Assembly (NCBI GenBank): GCA_963845065.1
Contig: CAWJQQ010000009.1
Coordinates: forward strand, 672,001-736,000
Source: Nitrospirota bacterium
GTDB taxonomy: Bacteria > Nitrospirota > UBA9217
Direction of reading: 5' to 3'
DNA: 64,000 nt
The notes beneath the pieces are model-generated. The model saw only the letters and a list, made by a program, of their open reading frames with translations. It had not been told where the DNA came from and made no database searches. Both the position numbers and the translations under genes were made by a program. Below, piece after piece: positions 21,133-31,789 of this stretch; the first letter of the stretch is position 1, and every line of letters begins with the position of its first letter.

Positions 21133-21807
21133 ATGGAGTATATCAAGGAAAAAAGACTCTACATTTTTGCTTTCGCTCTGGCGCTCATTACCGTTTTCTA
21201 CAATATCGTCGAAAGAGTAGTCTCAGTTTTTTATGGACTTGAGGGCGGGAGCATGACACTCTTCGGGTTTGGAGTGGACTCCTTCGTAGATGTGGTTTCG
21301 GGCATTGGGATCTGGCACATGGTGCGGCGAATCAGAAGTAAGGGAGATGAACATTTCGATTATTTCCAACAAACGGCTCTCAAGATTACCGGAACCGGTT
21401 TTTACGTCTTGGCCATGGGACTCTCGATTATCGCTGCTGTAGTTCTTTACAGTGGACATAAGCCGGATACCACCTTCTGGGGTGTTGTGGTTTCCATCGT
21501 ATCCATTGCCACAATGTGGCTATTAATCCGTTACAAGGTAAAAGTTGGAAAACTGCTCAACTCCAAGGCAATTCTTTCCGATGCTGCCTGTACACGCGCC
21601 TGCTTGCAGCTTTCAATTGTTCTGCTCATTGCAAGCGTCGGTTATGAAGTCACCCATATAGGTGGGATTGACTCCGTTGGTACGTTCTTGGTAGCGGGGC
21701 TCTGCTCCCGGGAGGGAAGGGAAGCGTTGGAAAAGGCTAAGGCAAAAACCGTGGTTATACGTGTGAATGAAGGTGCCATTCACAAGAATATCCCACCCTC
21801 CGCGTGA
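21133..21807 (+). CDS. Cation transporter, CDF-related membrane protein
   Basis: About six TM helices; LFGFGVDSFVD, LNSKAILSDA. Confidence 0.75.
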   Translation: MEYIKEKRLYIFAFALALITVFYNIVERVVSVFYGLEGGSMTLFGFGVDSFVDVVSGIGIWHMVRRIRSKGDEHFDYFQQTALKITGTGFYVLAMGLSIIAAVVLYSGHKPDTTFWGVVVSIVSIATMWLLIRYKVKVGKLLNSKAILSDAACTRACLQLSIVLLIASVGYEVTHIGGIDSVGTFLVAGLCSREGREALEKAKAKTVVIRVNEGAIHKNIPPSA

Positions 21808-22279
21808 GCTCTTCGATTAGAGAACCCTCTGATCAGGTCACACGCTAGTCGGCCATTTTCGTAAGATCAAACGAGTCAGGCATAAGAATTGATATTGTTC
21901 CTACATGGTTTTGACTTATCGTATTAGATGGTCCAGCAGGAATTTGTAAGAGGTTTCAATCAGGCACTGATGCAGGAGAGGTGTCCAGAAGGAGCTGTTA
22001 GATTCTGAATAGAGTGTAGTAACTGATGGAAGATTACAGCTAAGAAATATTTTTGAGGTTTGTATATAGGAGCTGAGGGGCAAGACTGCATGCATTATCC
22101 TAAAATTGATAAGCAGCGCATGCATTATTGTAGAGACTAAGCCGGATTTAGGTTATGATATATAAAAAAAGAGAAGCGATTAGTTATTTGTCGAAAAATA
22201 AAGGGTGAAAAAAACCATGCAAAGATTGTTCATTATAGTGCCTGTTTAAAAAAAAGATTTAAACCAAGGGAGGTTTGTC

Positions 22280-22882
22280 ATGAAAAGATTTATGCTTTTT
22301 TTTATTGCATTGGCAATGATCGGTTATGTCTCATCCGTATATGCCTGGGACCCGCCTGCTACAGTAAGAGAAATATCTATCCCAAGTCTTCCTGACATCG
22401 CCATAGTTTCAATAGATGCGCACGGGCCAGTGATTTACTTTAACCCTAATATCGCAATGCAAACGAATCATGATTTTGTCACTTTTTCCAGGGCTCATGA
22501 ATATGGCCATATATATCTTCACCATATTCAACGATCATTCTTTACTTCCAACCGTTTTAGTCAAGCATGGATACAACGCACAAAAGAAAATGATGCGGAT
22601 TGCTTCGCAGCGCAAGAGCTTATCAATTCCGAACCTCAGGCTGTTTATGCCGCGATTTCATTATTTAATGCTCAGGGGAATGGAAGAGTGGACTCATTGC
22701 ATCCAACTGGGTTTGAACGAGCTGCCAACATTCAGATATGTGCGGGGATAACACCACCCCCTCAGAAAAATTGTTGCGATAGCTTCGGCAAAAGAATGTG
22801 CCAAATCACTGTAAATACCGGTCCAATTGGTTCACCTTGTGGGTGTATAGGGATAGCAGGTATTGGGACAACGTGCAATTAA
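22280..22882 (+). CDS. Secreted HExxH zinc-metallopeptidase-like protein with a Cys-rich C-terminus
   Basis: Signal peptide, AHEYGH, ENDADCFA, HPTGFER; GGGAGG RBS. Confidence 0.7.
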   Translation: MKRFMLFFIALAMIGYVSSVYAWDPPATVREISIPSLPDIAIVSIDAHGPVIYFNPNIAMQTNHDFVTFSRAHEYGHIYLHHIQRSFFTSNRFSQAWIQRTKENDADCFAAQELINSEPQAVYAAISLFNAQGNGRVDSLHPTGFERAANIQICAGITPPPQKNCCDSFGKRMCQITVNTGPIGSPCGCIGIAGIGTTCN

Positions 22883-22964
22883 TAACTACCTCACCATACG
22901 GCAAAAAAGCTCGCTTTGGTGTCTGCTTATGATTAATTTACTTGCTATAGTAGAATAAATTTAT

Positions 22965-23013
22965 GAAAGCATGGCATAACACCCCACGTCCTTGACGCGG
23001 GGATGAATGTCAT
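22965..23013 (+). mobile_element. Orphan IS200/IS605 left end
   Basis: TTTAT target, AACA guide, hairpin CCCCACGTCCTTGACGCGGGG, GGGGATGAA tail. Confidence 0.55.
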
Positions 23014-23279
23014 CCTTGCCCAAGGGGTGAAACGGTGCTACTCTCCACGATATTTTAAAAGCTCATATTGCTAAACTGTTTTTGCCTTGCAAAAGAAAAC
23101 GAGTTCGTGTTCTATAAGTCATTGAATTGCTCGGATAGCGATAGGGGACATTGAGCCCAATTAGTTCAATACCCTCAAGGTTTATTTAGATACGGTAACT
23201 CTTTTTGTGGTTGGTCCTTGGCTGATTAGGACGAATTCCCCATCTCTAAGGCAATAATCTCACCTGTTCGACGCTAGGG

Positions 23280-23326
23280 TAAAACCAGGATGGAACGGTC
23301 CGTGATGGACGTCGCGTCCATCCTGG
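23280..23326 (-). terminator. Putative terminator hairpin after norB
   Basis: 10-bp stem CCAGGATGGA/TCCATCCTGG followed by TTTT on the minus strand, 16 nt after the norB stop. Confidence 0.45.
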
Positions 23327-23342
23327 CATGCCATTGAATTAC

Positions 23343-24662
23343 TTAAACTTTCATTTTCGCTAGTCTGAAAAAATCTACGAGAAATAGCATGACACCTGCA
23401 GTAAATCCCCATGCCGAAACCCAAAACACGGCATACCATAATTTCATGTACCCTTGCGTCGTGAGGAAATCCATACCTAGAACTCGCTGGAAGTAAACCT
23501 GCACGATGCCTGCGACAGCAAGGGATAAGGCCATAAGACCCATGAAGGAGCACATGAACCAGAAGGACTTGATGCCGAGCGACTGTTTGAAATTTGGCAG
23601 GCCTTTTAACTGTGGCATTGCGAAATAGAACATCGTAAGGTTAAGCATGGCATAAGCGCCGAAGAAAGCAAAATGGCCATGCGATGCCGTGATCTGCGTA
23701 CCATGGGTCCACTTATTAATCTGCGGCAACGTATGGGCAAAACCCCATACCCCTGCGCCGAAAAAGTGCATTACCGCGCAGCCGACGGCCCAATAGAGGG
23801 CTACCCTGTTCGTGATCTCGGTCTTCCGTTCGCGCACTACACGGAGGGTATCGACCACCATGAAGAGGATCGGGAGCGGTTCAAGGGCGCTGAATATGCC
23901 CCCCCACCAGAGCCAGTAGTTCGGCGTTCCAATCCAGTAGTAATGGTGCCCCGTACCTACAATGCCGGTAAACAGAACAAATCCGACCTCGATGTAGAGC
24001 CATTTTTCGACGAGCTGCCGATCAACGCCCGTTAGCTTCATCAGCATGAAGGCCATGATCGCGCCGGTAATGAGCTCCCAAGCTCCTTCCACCCAAAGGT
24101 GGATCACCCACCACCACCAGAAGTACTGGTCGGAAAGGTTCTTCATGAAAAAAACGCCGAAGAGAAACATTCCCGCAAGCATGACCAGCCCGCCCAAAAG
24201 GACGCCTTGGATCACCGTCCATTTCTTGGTCTTCATCATGGTCATGAAAATGTTGTAGAGGAAAATCAGCGCCACAAGGACAATCCCGAACTTCAGTACC
24301 GTGGGCTGCTCCAGAAACGGCATGCCCCATGTCCAGCCGAGGAGATAACCCACGATTGCCGTGACGCCGATGAGCGCGAACAGGACGAGCTGGAAATTCG
24401 CAAGTTTTTTGCTGTAGAGCTCGGTCTGCGCCTCTTCCGGAATGATGTAGTAAGTACCGCCCATAAAGCCGAAAAGAAGCCAGACTACAAGTAAATTAAT
24501 ATGGATTGCCCGCGCGGTGTTAAAGGGAACGATGTTGATGAGCGGGTCAAAATCCCACACGTACTTAGCGCCTGTGATCAGACCGAAGACGATCTGGAGC
24601 CCGAACAGAACTGCCGCAATCATAAAATAGTTTAGAGCAATTTTCTGCGATTCATATTTCAT
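23343..24662 (-). CDS. norB: Cytochrome c-dependent nitric oxide reductase large subunit
   Basis: HINLLVVW, VIHLWVEGAWE, GTGHHYYWIG, FSALEPLP, HGTQITASHGHFAFFG. Confidence 0.95.
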   Translation of the reverse strand: MKYESQKIALNYFMIAAVLFGLQIVFGLITGAKYVWDFDPLINIVPFNTARAIHINLLVVWLLFGFMGGTYYIIPEEAQTELYSKKLANFQLVLFALIGVTAIVGYLLGWTWGMPFLEQPTVLKFGIVLVALIFLYNIFMTMMKTKKWTVIQGVLLGGLVMLAGMFLFGVFFMKNLSDQYFWWWWVIHLWVEGAWELITGAIMAFMLMKLTGVDRQLVEKWLYIEVGFVLFTGIVGTGHHYYWIGTPNYWLWWGGIFSALEPLPILFMVVDTLRVVRERKTEITNRVALYWAVGCAVMHFFGAGVWGFAHTLPQINKWTHGTQITASHGHFAFFGAYAMLNLTMFYFAMPQLKGLPNFKQSLGIKSFWFMCSFMGLMALSLAVAGIVQVYFQRVLGMDFLTTQGYMKLWYAVFWVSAWGFTAGVMLFLVDFFRLAKMKV

Positions 24663-24673
24663 CTCAACCCTCC

Positions 24674-25345
24674 TTAGCGCAGTCCTGCGAGATAACTCGC
24701 AAGATCGTCAAGATCTTTCGAGGCAAGCTTCGAAAAATCGGGCATGATGGATTTTGAATTATGTGATTTCGGATCCCTGATTTGAGCCTCGATCCATGCC
24801 TTGTCTCTTTTTCCTCCGACCTTGGTCAGGTCTGGCCCGACAGTACCGCCTACACCGTCCAGCAGGTGGCATGCGGAACATCCCTGCGCCTTGTACACTG
24901 CTTCGCCAGGGCTGCCGGAGGTCACCGCTGTAGCCAGGAGGGGCTTTGGAGGCCAGTTGTTCGTATCGATACCGTTCACCCACGTGAGAAAGGCGACCAC
25001 ATCGGCTACCTCCTGGTCCTGAAGGTGAAGGTTTGGCATCTTCCTAGCGTTTGGCCATACTTTCTCAGGGTCTTTCAAGAATCTGGTAACCCACGCGGTA
25101 TCACGATAGCTCATAACCTTTGTGACATCAGGAGCATAATAGCCTCCGATACCGAGAATCGTATGGCAGTCGTTGCAATTGTATTTCTGCCACACCCACT
25201 TACCCGCGACAACGTGGGCATCCAGCTTCTCTGCCCCGGTTCTCTTCGGCATTTGAACCAAAGAGTCATAGGAGAGGGCCAGGAATATCACAGCTGAAAT
25301 CACTGTACCCCAGATAAAAAATGCTTTTGCCTGCGACAGAGTCAT
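24674..25345 (-). CDS. norC: Nitric oxide reductase small subunit with an extra C-terminal cytochrome c domain
   Basis: TM anchor, CNDCHTILGIGGYYAPD, RKMP, then a second domain CSACH...GPDL...SIMP. Confidence 0.9.
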   Translation of the reverse strand: MTLSQAKAFFIWGTVISAVIFLALSYDSLVQMPKRTGAEKLDAHVVAGKWVWQKYNCNDCHTILGIGGYYAPDVTKVMSYRDTAWVTRFLKDPEKVWPNARKMPNLHLQDQEVADVVAFLTWVNGIDTNNWPPKPLLATAVTSGSPGEAVYKAQGCSACHLLDGVGGTVGPDLTKVGGKRDKAWIEAQIRDPKSHNSKSIMPDFSKLASKDLDDLASYLAGLR

Positions 25346-25492
25346 AACTCCTCCTTTCGACGAAAAGAATTAAATATTCCCCCGTAGATTCCATATTTGT
25401 CACCGCCAACCACCCTGGGCTGGTTTTCAGAATTGAGTTTGAATATCTGATAACAAACCTTAAGACAATAACAGCAACGATACAATGATGCC

Positions 25493-25535
25493 ATTATATT
25501 TATTTTCTTCGTCTATAGTCAATGATTTATATCAT
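25493..25535 (-). promoter_or_regulatory. norCB sigma70 promoter with a CRP/FNR-family-like palindrome
   Basis: Minus strand TTGACT (25522-25517), N18, TATAAT (25498-25493); palindrome ATGAT-N4-ATCAT at 25522-25535 abuts the -35. Confidence 0.6.
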
Positions 25536-26011
25536 AACGGCGAGGGAAGGGAACGAGAGCTAGCTCAGTACGTGCGGCATAAGGCTGAGTGGCTATAATA
25601 ATTCTAGGCGTGGTTTCCGCGATTGTAGCGGAAAGAAGACATCTCAGTCGAAATTCACTAAATAAGCTCTCTCGCTCCATCTTCAACATTCAGGATCAAG
25701 TACTATGTTGGTGTTAATGCCGATGACGCCCGACGACGCCTGAACTGTCGTTTGCATTTTTGCTGTATAAGATAGCCAAGTCTAACGGAGGGAAATCACC
25801 TTTTTACAGTGGTGGGGCGAAAGCCGAACCTTTTATTTATAGTAAAAAGTACTTTTCTAGAATTAATAAACTAAATGATAATTTCGTCCAACCTTAATCT
25901 ATTCATATTTTAGTCAGTTCTTGTGACCGTGAGTTGAGTAAAAATATTTTTTGGTGACTAGTGCTGTCCGGACGAAACGGAGGTGAAGATTTTTGCCTTT
26001 TTGAAGAATGA

Positions 26012-26570
26012 GTGAATTACCCCGCAGCAGAGCTGCGGGGCATCCTAAAATCGCTAGAACCTAAAACCAATTTGCTCATCATGCTGATACTGAATATATT
26101 TTCTGATAATTTCTGCCGTTACTTTGTCGCCAACCGAACGGACAAAGTAACCATCGTTCCAGAGTTCCCCTCCCCAAAGCTTTTTCTTCATCTCGGGGAA
26201 TTCTTGAAACATTATCTTCGCGGATATACTTTTGACTATCTGCACTACCCTCGCCGGAGCATACTTCAGTGGCACAACCAAAAACAAATGCACGTGATCA
26301 TCCATTACTTCCATCGTGTTTATCTCAAATTCATATTGTTCTGCGATCTCGCGAAATATCTCTTTCAGTCTTTTCGTCATTCGATCGTTGAACAGTTTTT
26401 CCCGATATTTTGGTATCCATACAAAATTGTACTTCAGATCATAGACACTAAGTTTGCTTCTTCTCAATGGGCTCATGGCCCGTATTGTAACAGATTCTCA
26501 TCCTGACTTCGTCAGGATTGTCCTTTTCATCCCAGCAGTAGAACTGCTGGGTATTCAAGGCCAGATTTTT
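26012..26570 (-). mobile_element. IS200-like element (tnpA only), apparently intact
   Basis: Left end: TTTAT target, AATA guide, hairpin CCCAGCAGTTCTACTGCTGGG. Right end: GATG guide, hairpin CCCCGCAGCTCTGCTGCGGGG, TCAC end. Confidence 0.9.
26054..26476 (-). CDS. tnpA: IS200/IS605 Y1 transposase
   Basis: YNFVWIPKYR, HUH motif DHVHL, LWNDGYFV, IRKYIQYQ. Confidence 0.95.
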   Translation of the reverse strand: MSPLRRSKLSVYDLKYNFVWIPKYREKLFNDRMTKRLKEIFREIAEQYEFEINTMEVMDDHVHLFLVVPLKYAPARVVQIVKSISAKIMFQEFPEMKKKLWGGELWNDGYFVRSVGDKVTAEIIRKYIQYQHDEQIGFRF

Positions 26571-26681
26571 ATAAAGGGACGTTGAAATTGCGGCGGCAGG
26601 AAAGATTTCCAAGAGGCTACTCCGACTGTTCAGACGTGATCTTCTGTGACGACAATGCAAAGCAAGGCCTATGCTTATTCT

Positions 26682-29600
26682 TTATTGAAAAGGCACAAAT
26701 CCTCTTCTCAGTGTATTTTCACATATACTTACGGGATTAAGGAACTGAAGTAGATAATCCGGCCCGCCTGATTTTGAGCCGACGCCTGACATGCCGAATC
26801 CGCCGAATGGCTGTCTGCCTACGAGCGCCCCGGTAATTTTTCTATTGATATAAAGGTTTCCGACGTGGAATTCCTCCTTCACCTTTTGTATTGCATTTGG
26901 GCTGCGCGAAAAGAGGCCGCCGGTTAGTGCATAAACGCTTTCATTCGCCGTTATGATCGCTTCATCGAGATTCTTTACCTTAATGATCGTGAGCACGGGA
27001 CCGAAAATCTCCTCCGTCGCAATACGGGACCGGGGAGGTGCATCAATGAATATGGCGGGCCCGACAAAATAACCAGAGGATGATATTTGTTTTTCGAGGA
27101 TTATTCTACCTTCCGTCTTTCCGATTTCTATGTATGACTTGATCTTTTTCAGCGCTGCATCATCAATAACAGGACCGAGAAAATTAGTCGGGTCTTCGGG
27201 CGTGCCGATCCGCAGGCTAGCGACTGCATCGACGAGGCGACTACAGAGCTCATCGAATATGTCTTCAATGACGATCAACCGCGAACATGCTGAACACTTT
27301 TGTCCCTGATATCCAAATGCAGAGTCAAGGATTCCTTTAACCGCCTCGTCCAGATCGGCGGTTTCATCAACAATAACCGCATTTTTCCCGCCCATTTCGG
27401 CGATTACCCTTTTTACATTTCGTTGACCAGGCTTCGGTTCCCCTGCGAGTTGGACGATTCTGAGGCCGACATCCTTCGACCCGGTAAAAACAATGAAATC
27501 GACGGCAGGATGGGAAATAAAATATTCTCCTACTTCGTTCCCCGGCCCAGGAAGAAACTGAAGCACTCCTGCAGGGAGGCCCACGGACCTGAATGTCTCG
27601 GCTAGTTTGTATCCCATGACTGGTGATAGGCTTGACGGTTTTAACAGCACGCAGTTTCCAGCCACAATTGCCGCGGAGGCCATGCCCGTAGCAATCGCGA
27701 GGGGAAAATTCCAAGGAGCAATGACGACCCCGATCCCTTTTGGCTGATAGAGGTATGCATTTTGTTCACCAGGATAATCCTGGAGTAGCCTTGGCTTGGC
27801 GAGGCGCTTTATCTCCCGACCGTAATATTCGAGATAATCGATCGCTTCGCACACGTCGCCATCTGCATCAATCCATGTTTTCCCCACTTCGATGACCTCA
27901 AGTGCTACGAGGTCAAAACGCTTTTTCCGGATGGCTTCTGCTGCCTGTAAAAGATATTCCGCTCTCTTTTCAGGATCAATCTTTCGCCACGATGCGGCTG
28001 CTTTTCGGGCTTCTTTGATTGCCGCATCAGCTTCTGGGATTCCCGCGGAGGATACTATGCCGACTACATCTGCGGGACTTGTCGGATTATATGATGAGAT
28101 TTTACGATCCGTCCTGACCTCGCTATCGCCGATAAGGAGCGGATACTGCTCGATCCTGTTCTCTTTGACAGTCCGGAGTGCATCGGCCATCCTTCTTCTA
28201 TTCAGGCTGATGGAAAAATCGAAAAGAGGTTCGTTCCGAAAAGTGCTGCCCGACATCTCCTTTTCGGAGGTTTTCAGTTGTGCCCTCGGGGCACGGATAA
28301 GATCGTCAAAAGAGGTCTTCTCGCTGAAGGATTTTCTAAGGAAAGACTCGTTGGACGTATTTTCCAGAAGTCGCCGGACTAGGTAGGCCATACCCGGAAT
28401 CAATTTACCAACAGGAGAATACGTCCGTACGTTGAAGCCGCGCTCGCGCAGTGCTTTCCGGACGGGATCAGCCATGCCGTAGAGAATCTGAAATTCGAAG
28501 TCCTGTTTGGGAACATTCAGCGCATCAGCTGCGGCAATTGCATGGCTGATGCTTCTAAGATTATGCGTGGCGATTGCAGGACTAACTGCATCAATGTGTT
28601 CAAAGAGGAGCAGGGTGAGCCGTTCGAAGTTAAGGTCCGTTTCCTCCTTATTCAAAAAGACAGGCAAGGGCCATCCCTTCTGACGGTTAATGGCTATTTC
28701 ATAATCCCAGTAGGCGCCTTTGACAAGACGTATAATGATCTTCCTCGATTGTTTCCGCGCCCATCCTGTAAGGGCAGAGATATCTTTTTCCGTATCCATT
28801 AAATATGCTTGAAGCGCTATGCCTGCCGTAGGAAACTCTCTAAATTCCTCTTCATCGAGGATGCTTTTAAAAATCGCTATGGTGATGTCCTTGTTATAAT
28901 ACTGTTCCATATCGAAAGTAACTGATATGCCGAGCGCCTTAGCTTTTCTGAGGATCGGCCGAAGATTCTCCTTGGTCTTGGCGAGGGAACCTTCCCAGTC
29001 ACAAGGTTCAAGCTGGAAATATAGCGAGGAAACCTTGATCGAGACATCAGGTGAAGCCTCATCCGGAAAACTCTCATGCATGTAATCCAGTAGCCCCAGG
29101 TAGCGCTTAACATACTCCGCGGCCTCCCTGTTGCTCAAAACGGCCTCGCCCAACAGATCGATGCTGAAGCTGCTGCCATCTTTTCGCAGGGCGTTAATGG
29201 CGTTTTTAATATCATTTGCTTCCGTTCCTGCGATGAACTGACGGGCCATGGACTCGATGCTTTTTCTGATCACCGGACCTGCAATGAATGGTGTGAGCAC
29301 CTTCCCGAAGAGCATACCGATACCGCCGCTGATGATCTTCGGTACACTGTCCTCGCGGGGGAAATACTCCTGCAACAACCGAATCAATTGGTCATCTGAC
29401 TTGAGCGACGGTAGCACATCGATGAACCGGAAGAGCCCGATTTTGAATTCTTCGTGCTTCATGGCCCAGTCCATGATTTTGCCCGTCCATCTCTTCATGT
29501 CGAAGACTGGCGAAACTTCCCGCACCGCGGAAAAAAGCTTAAGTCCCGTTTCGCGTATCTTATCCTCAATATTGATTTCTATGTTCATAGTCATGATCAT
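26682..29600 (-). CDS. putA: Bifunctional proline dehydrogenase / P5C dehydrogenase
   Basis: LFRFIDVLP, DLLGE, FDMEQ, RLVKGAYWD, ATHN, AYLVRRLLEN, PWNFP, AEMGGKN, GQKCSACS, EEIFGP; start uncertain (29588-29654). Confidence 0.95.
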   Translation of the reverse strand: MIMTMNIEINIEDKIRETGLKLFSAVREVSPVFDMKRWTGKIMDWAMKHEEFKIGLFRFIDVLPSLKSDDQLIRLLQEYFPREDSVPKIISGGIGMLFGKVLTPFIAGPVIRKSIESMARQFIAGTEANDIKNAINALRKDGSSFSIDLLGEAVLSNREAAEYVKRYLGLLDYMHESFPDEASPDVSIKVSSLYFQLEPCDWEGSLAKTKENLRPILRKAKALGISVTFDMEQYYNKDITIAIFKSILDEEEFREFPTAGIALQAYLMDTEKDISALTGWARKQSRKIIIRLVKGAYWDYEIAINRQKGWPLPVFLNKEETDLNFERLTLLLFEHIDAVSPAIATHNLRSISHAIAAADALNVPKQDFEFQILYGMADPVRKALRERGFNVRTYSPVGKLIPGMAYLVRRLLENTSNESFLRKSFSEKTSFDDLIRAPRAQLKTSEKEMSGSTFRNEPLFDFSISLNRRRMADALRTVKENRIEQYPLLIGDSEVRTDRKISSYNPTSPADVVGIVSSAGIPEADAAIKEARKAAASWRKIDPEKRAEYLLQAAEAIRKKRFDLVALEVIEVGKTWIDADGDVCEAIDYLEYYGREIKRLAKPRLLQDYPGEQNAYLYQPKGIGVVIAPWNFPLAIATGMASAAIVAGNCVLLKPSSLSPVMGYKLAETFRSVGLPAGVLQFLPGPGNEVGEYFISHPAVDFIVFTGSKDVGLRIVQLAGEPKPGQRNVKRVIAEMGGKNAVIVDETADLDEAVKGILDSAFGYQGQKCSACSRLIVIEDIFDELCSRLVDAVASLRIGTPEDPTNFLGPVIDDAALKKIKSYIEIGKTEGRIILEKQISSSGYFVGPAIFIDAPPRSRIATEEIFGPVLTIIKVKNLDEAIITANESVYALTGGLFSRSPNAIQKVKEEFHVGNLYINRKITGALVGRQPFGGFGMSGVGSKSGGPDYLLQFLNPVSICENTLRRGFVPFQ

Positions 29601-29888
29601 GCACCCATTTCGCGAGCGGGGTGGAGCGGATGAGACGCTGCTGTATCGTATCAACGATTCGATTTGAGTATTTTACGAGTATAATGCTGTCGAATACGAG
29701 ATGAATCTTCAAATGTTGCAGAAAACTTAAACTTTATTGAATAGGATGTTATATATTATTAAAGGAATAGGTAAACAGACCAGCATAGCAGAGAAAAAAT
29801 GTTATTATAATCTACCCAAAATAGAAACCCCCTGCTAAAAATATTGTTCATAATAGTGGGAACTCATTTTTTGAACAGGAGGTGTCGT

Positions 29889-30220
29889 ATGAATACTATA
29901 AATAGTATCAGGCTCCAGCAGTTTTGTCAATTTAGGAATGAGAGTCGCGGTTCTACGGAGTATATAATCGTCGGCGTGAACATTGCCAAGGACAAGCACA
30001 ATGCTTTTTTTGGCACGGCAACCGGTTCAGCATTGTTCAAAGGAATGTTTTTTGGTAATACGCTGGAAGGATTTGGTAAACTGCTTGCGCAGGTAGAAAA
30101 ACTAAAGGCGGAAAACGGTCTTTCTAAAGTGGTCTTTGGCCTGGAACCTACGGCCAACTATCATAAGTCCTTGGCGGAAAATCTCATCGCGTGCGGTCAC
30201 ACGGTTGTTCTGGTATCTCC
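29889..30220 (+). pseudogene. IS110-family transposase N-terminal fragment
   Basis: AGGAGG RBS; IVGVNIAKDKH (Asn at the usual first catalytic Asp), NTLEGF, FGLEPTANYH; homology stops after VVLVS. Confidence 0.8.
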
Positions 30221-30254
30221 CTTTTCGACCGTAAAGAAACGGCAGTTCCTGGCC

Positions 30255-30727
30255 TTTTGTACGCCACGGACGTCAACTGCCTTAATCACATCTTTTGCGT
30301 GAAAGACCGCGTTGTTATGCATAGCCCTGATGAAAGATTCATGGTGACGTTCTCCTGTTCGGTTCGGAATGCCCGTTTTTATTACCCCGTCGAGGCCTGA
30401 TCAGTTTTTCCAAAGTGTGTCCGAGTGGCGCAGCATATCTCCCTGATACCAAGGCGACTTCTTTACGAGAAATTGCGTTGCAAGTAACGTGTCCCTGTAC
30501 TTCAAACTTGTTTTCTTGAGCAAGCCCAGAGCTGTTATGGCATCGAGAAGGATTTCAGTTGCGCGTGAATCGGTCTTGATCCTCTTAGACAAAACGCCGC
30601 TGGTCTTCGGCGTCTTGAGGTGTTCAAATATGGCATAGTTATTTGCGGTAAGGATTACACGCGAGGCTCGAAAGCCCCCAGAGAGTTGTCTGAATACCTG
30701 AAGTTGCTGTAGACGACTGTTGTCCAT
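30255..30727 (-). pseudogene. O-methyltransferase (dimerisation domain) pseudogene
   Basis: FRASRVILTA...IF, LLDAITALGLL; TGA at 30401-30403 at a likely Trp; frame continues SGLDGVIKTG...FIRAMH and breaks before the SAM-binding motif. Confidence 0.75.
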
Positions 30728-31456
30728 GGGAGTGGTCCTTTCAATAAAAAAAATGACCGCCGGATATCGGACGGTATATAATTGGCATTTTTAGTACTGC
30801 GGTATGTTTATTTCCGCTAACAGGTTGACCGACAACAGACTATTATGGAACAAAATACGAAAACCTCATGGAAATAATAAACAGTGTGTTGAGCATATAC
30901 GCGCAGTTCATAACAAGTGAGTGTTTCGGAAGAAACCGTGACAATACAATAGCGAATCCTTATCTAATATAACATTTACCATAGTTTTTCGTGGTTGGCA
31001 GAAAAATTTCTTCACCCGTTCGCGACACTCTTCTGGCGTGATATGCTCTTGGTGTGTACCAAGCACTATCTTGATATTCGGGAAAGTTTTCTCTAGAGCA
31101 TCTTATATTTCTCCTTAAACAGACAGAGTGTCTTCACGTATAGCCAATTTGGATGGTGTCAACTAAACTCGCTGAGCCCTCTGATGCGCATCAATAGTTT
31201 ATTTGGACCGGTAAGTGTACGGTACCGTGGCGTTGCTTTCACAATTACCGAGTTTAATTCAAAAGATTCTTCGCATTCATAAAGGCTTTTGCCGCTCTAT
31301 CAATCGAAAATTTAGACGCATGAGGAGTGCGCGCCCTTGCAATATTCCTATTATTTTCTTTACAAAAAGGTCAGCGCATACTAAAATCGTGCCACTTATT
31401 CTTTGAGCAGTTCCTAGAATTAGTATTCTGGGAACAAAGGAGGTAATCATATAAAA

Positions 31457-31789
31457 ATGAGCAATGAAGTAAAAACAATGTTGGGGTAAATGCCTTTTGT
31501 GCCGTTAGTCACCACGGAAAATGAAGGGCCGCATCTCATTGTAGTGGGCAAAGGAATCGTCATCGATGACGATACGATTGTTTTTTCGGTTGCTACCAGC
31601 CGGAATATAGAGAATAACGGGATCAGTCAGATCGTCGTTGTCTCGGAAACACGGGACATGGGATACAGGCTTGCAGCCACGGGACACATTGAAAAGGAAG
31701 GCGCGATTTCAGACCGCCTTCGGGGAATTTCTCCGAAGCAACTTGGAAGGCTTAATTTCGTAACTGTCATGAAAATGGAATGGATATAA
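31457..31789 (+). pseudogene. Pyridoxamine 5'-phosphate oxidase-like / FMN-binding protein, probably disrupted
   Basis: GGAGG RBS followed by a short frame with an in-frame TAA just before 31490; PHLIVVG, TSRNIENNG, GYRL. Confidence 0.5.

Noticed and set aside
25785..25830. c-di-GMP-I riboswitch-like fragment (GGGAAATCACC...GGTGGGGCGAAAGCC)
   Set aside because: Lacks the GNRA loop and the second stem; too degenerate to call.
26012..26506. 164-aa plus-strand ORF (MNYPAAELRGI...)
   Set aside because: Antisense to tnpA and starts inside the IS right-end hairpin.
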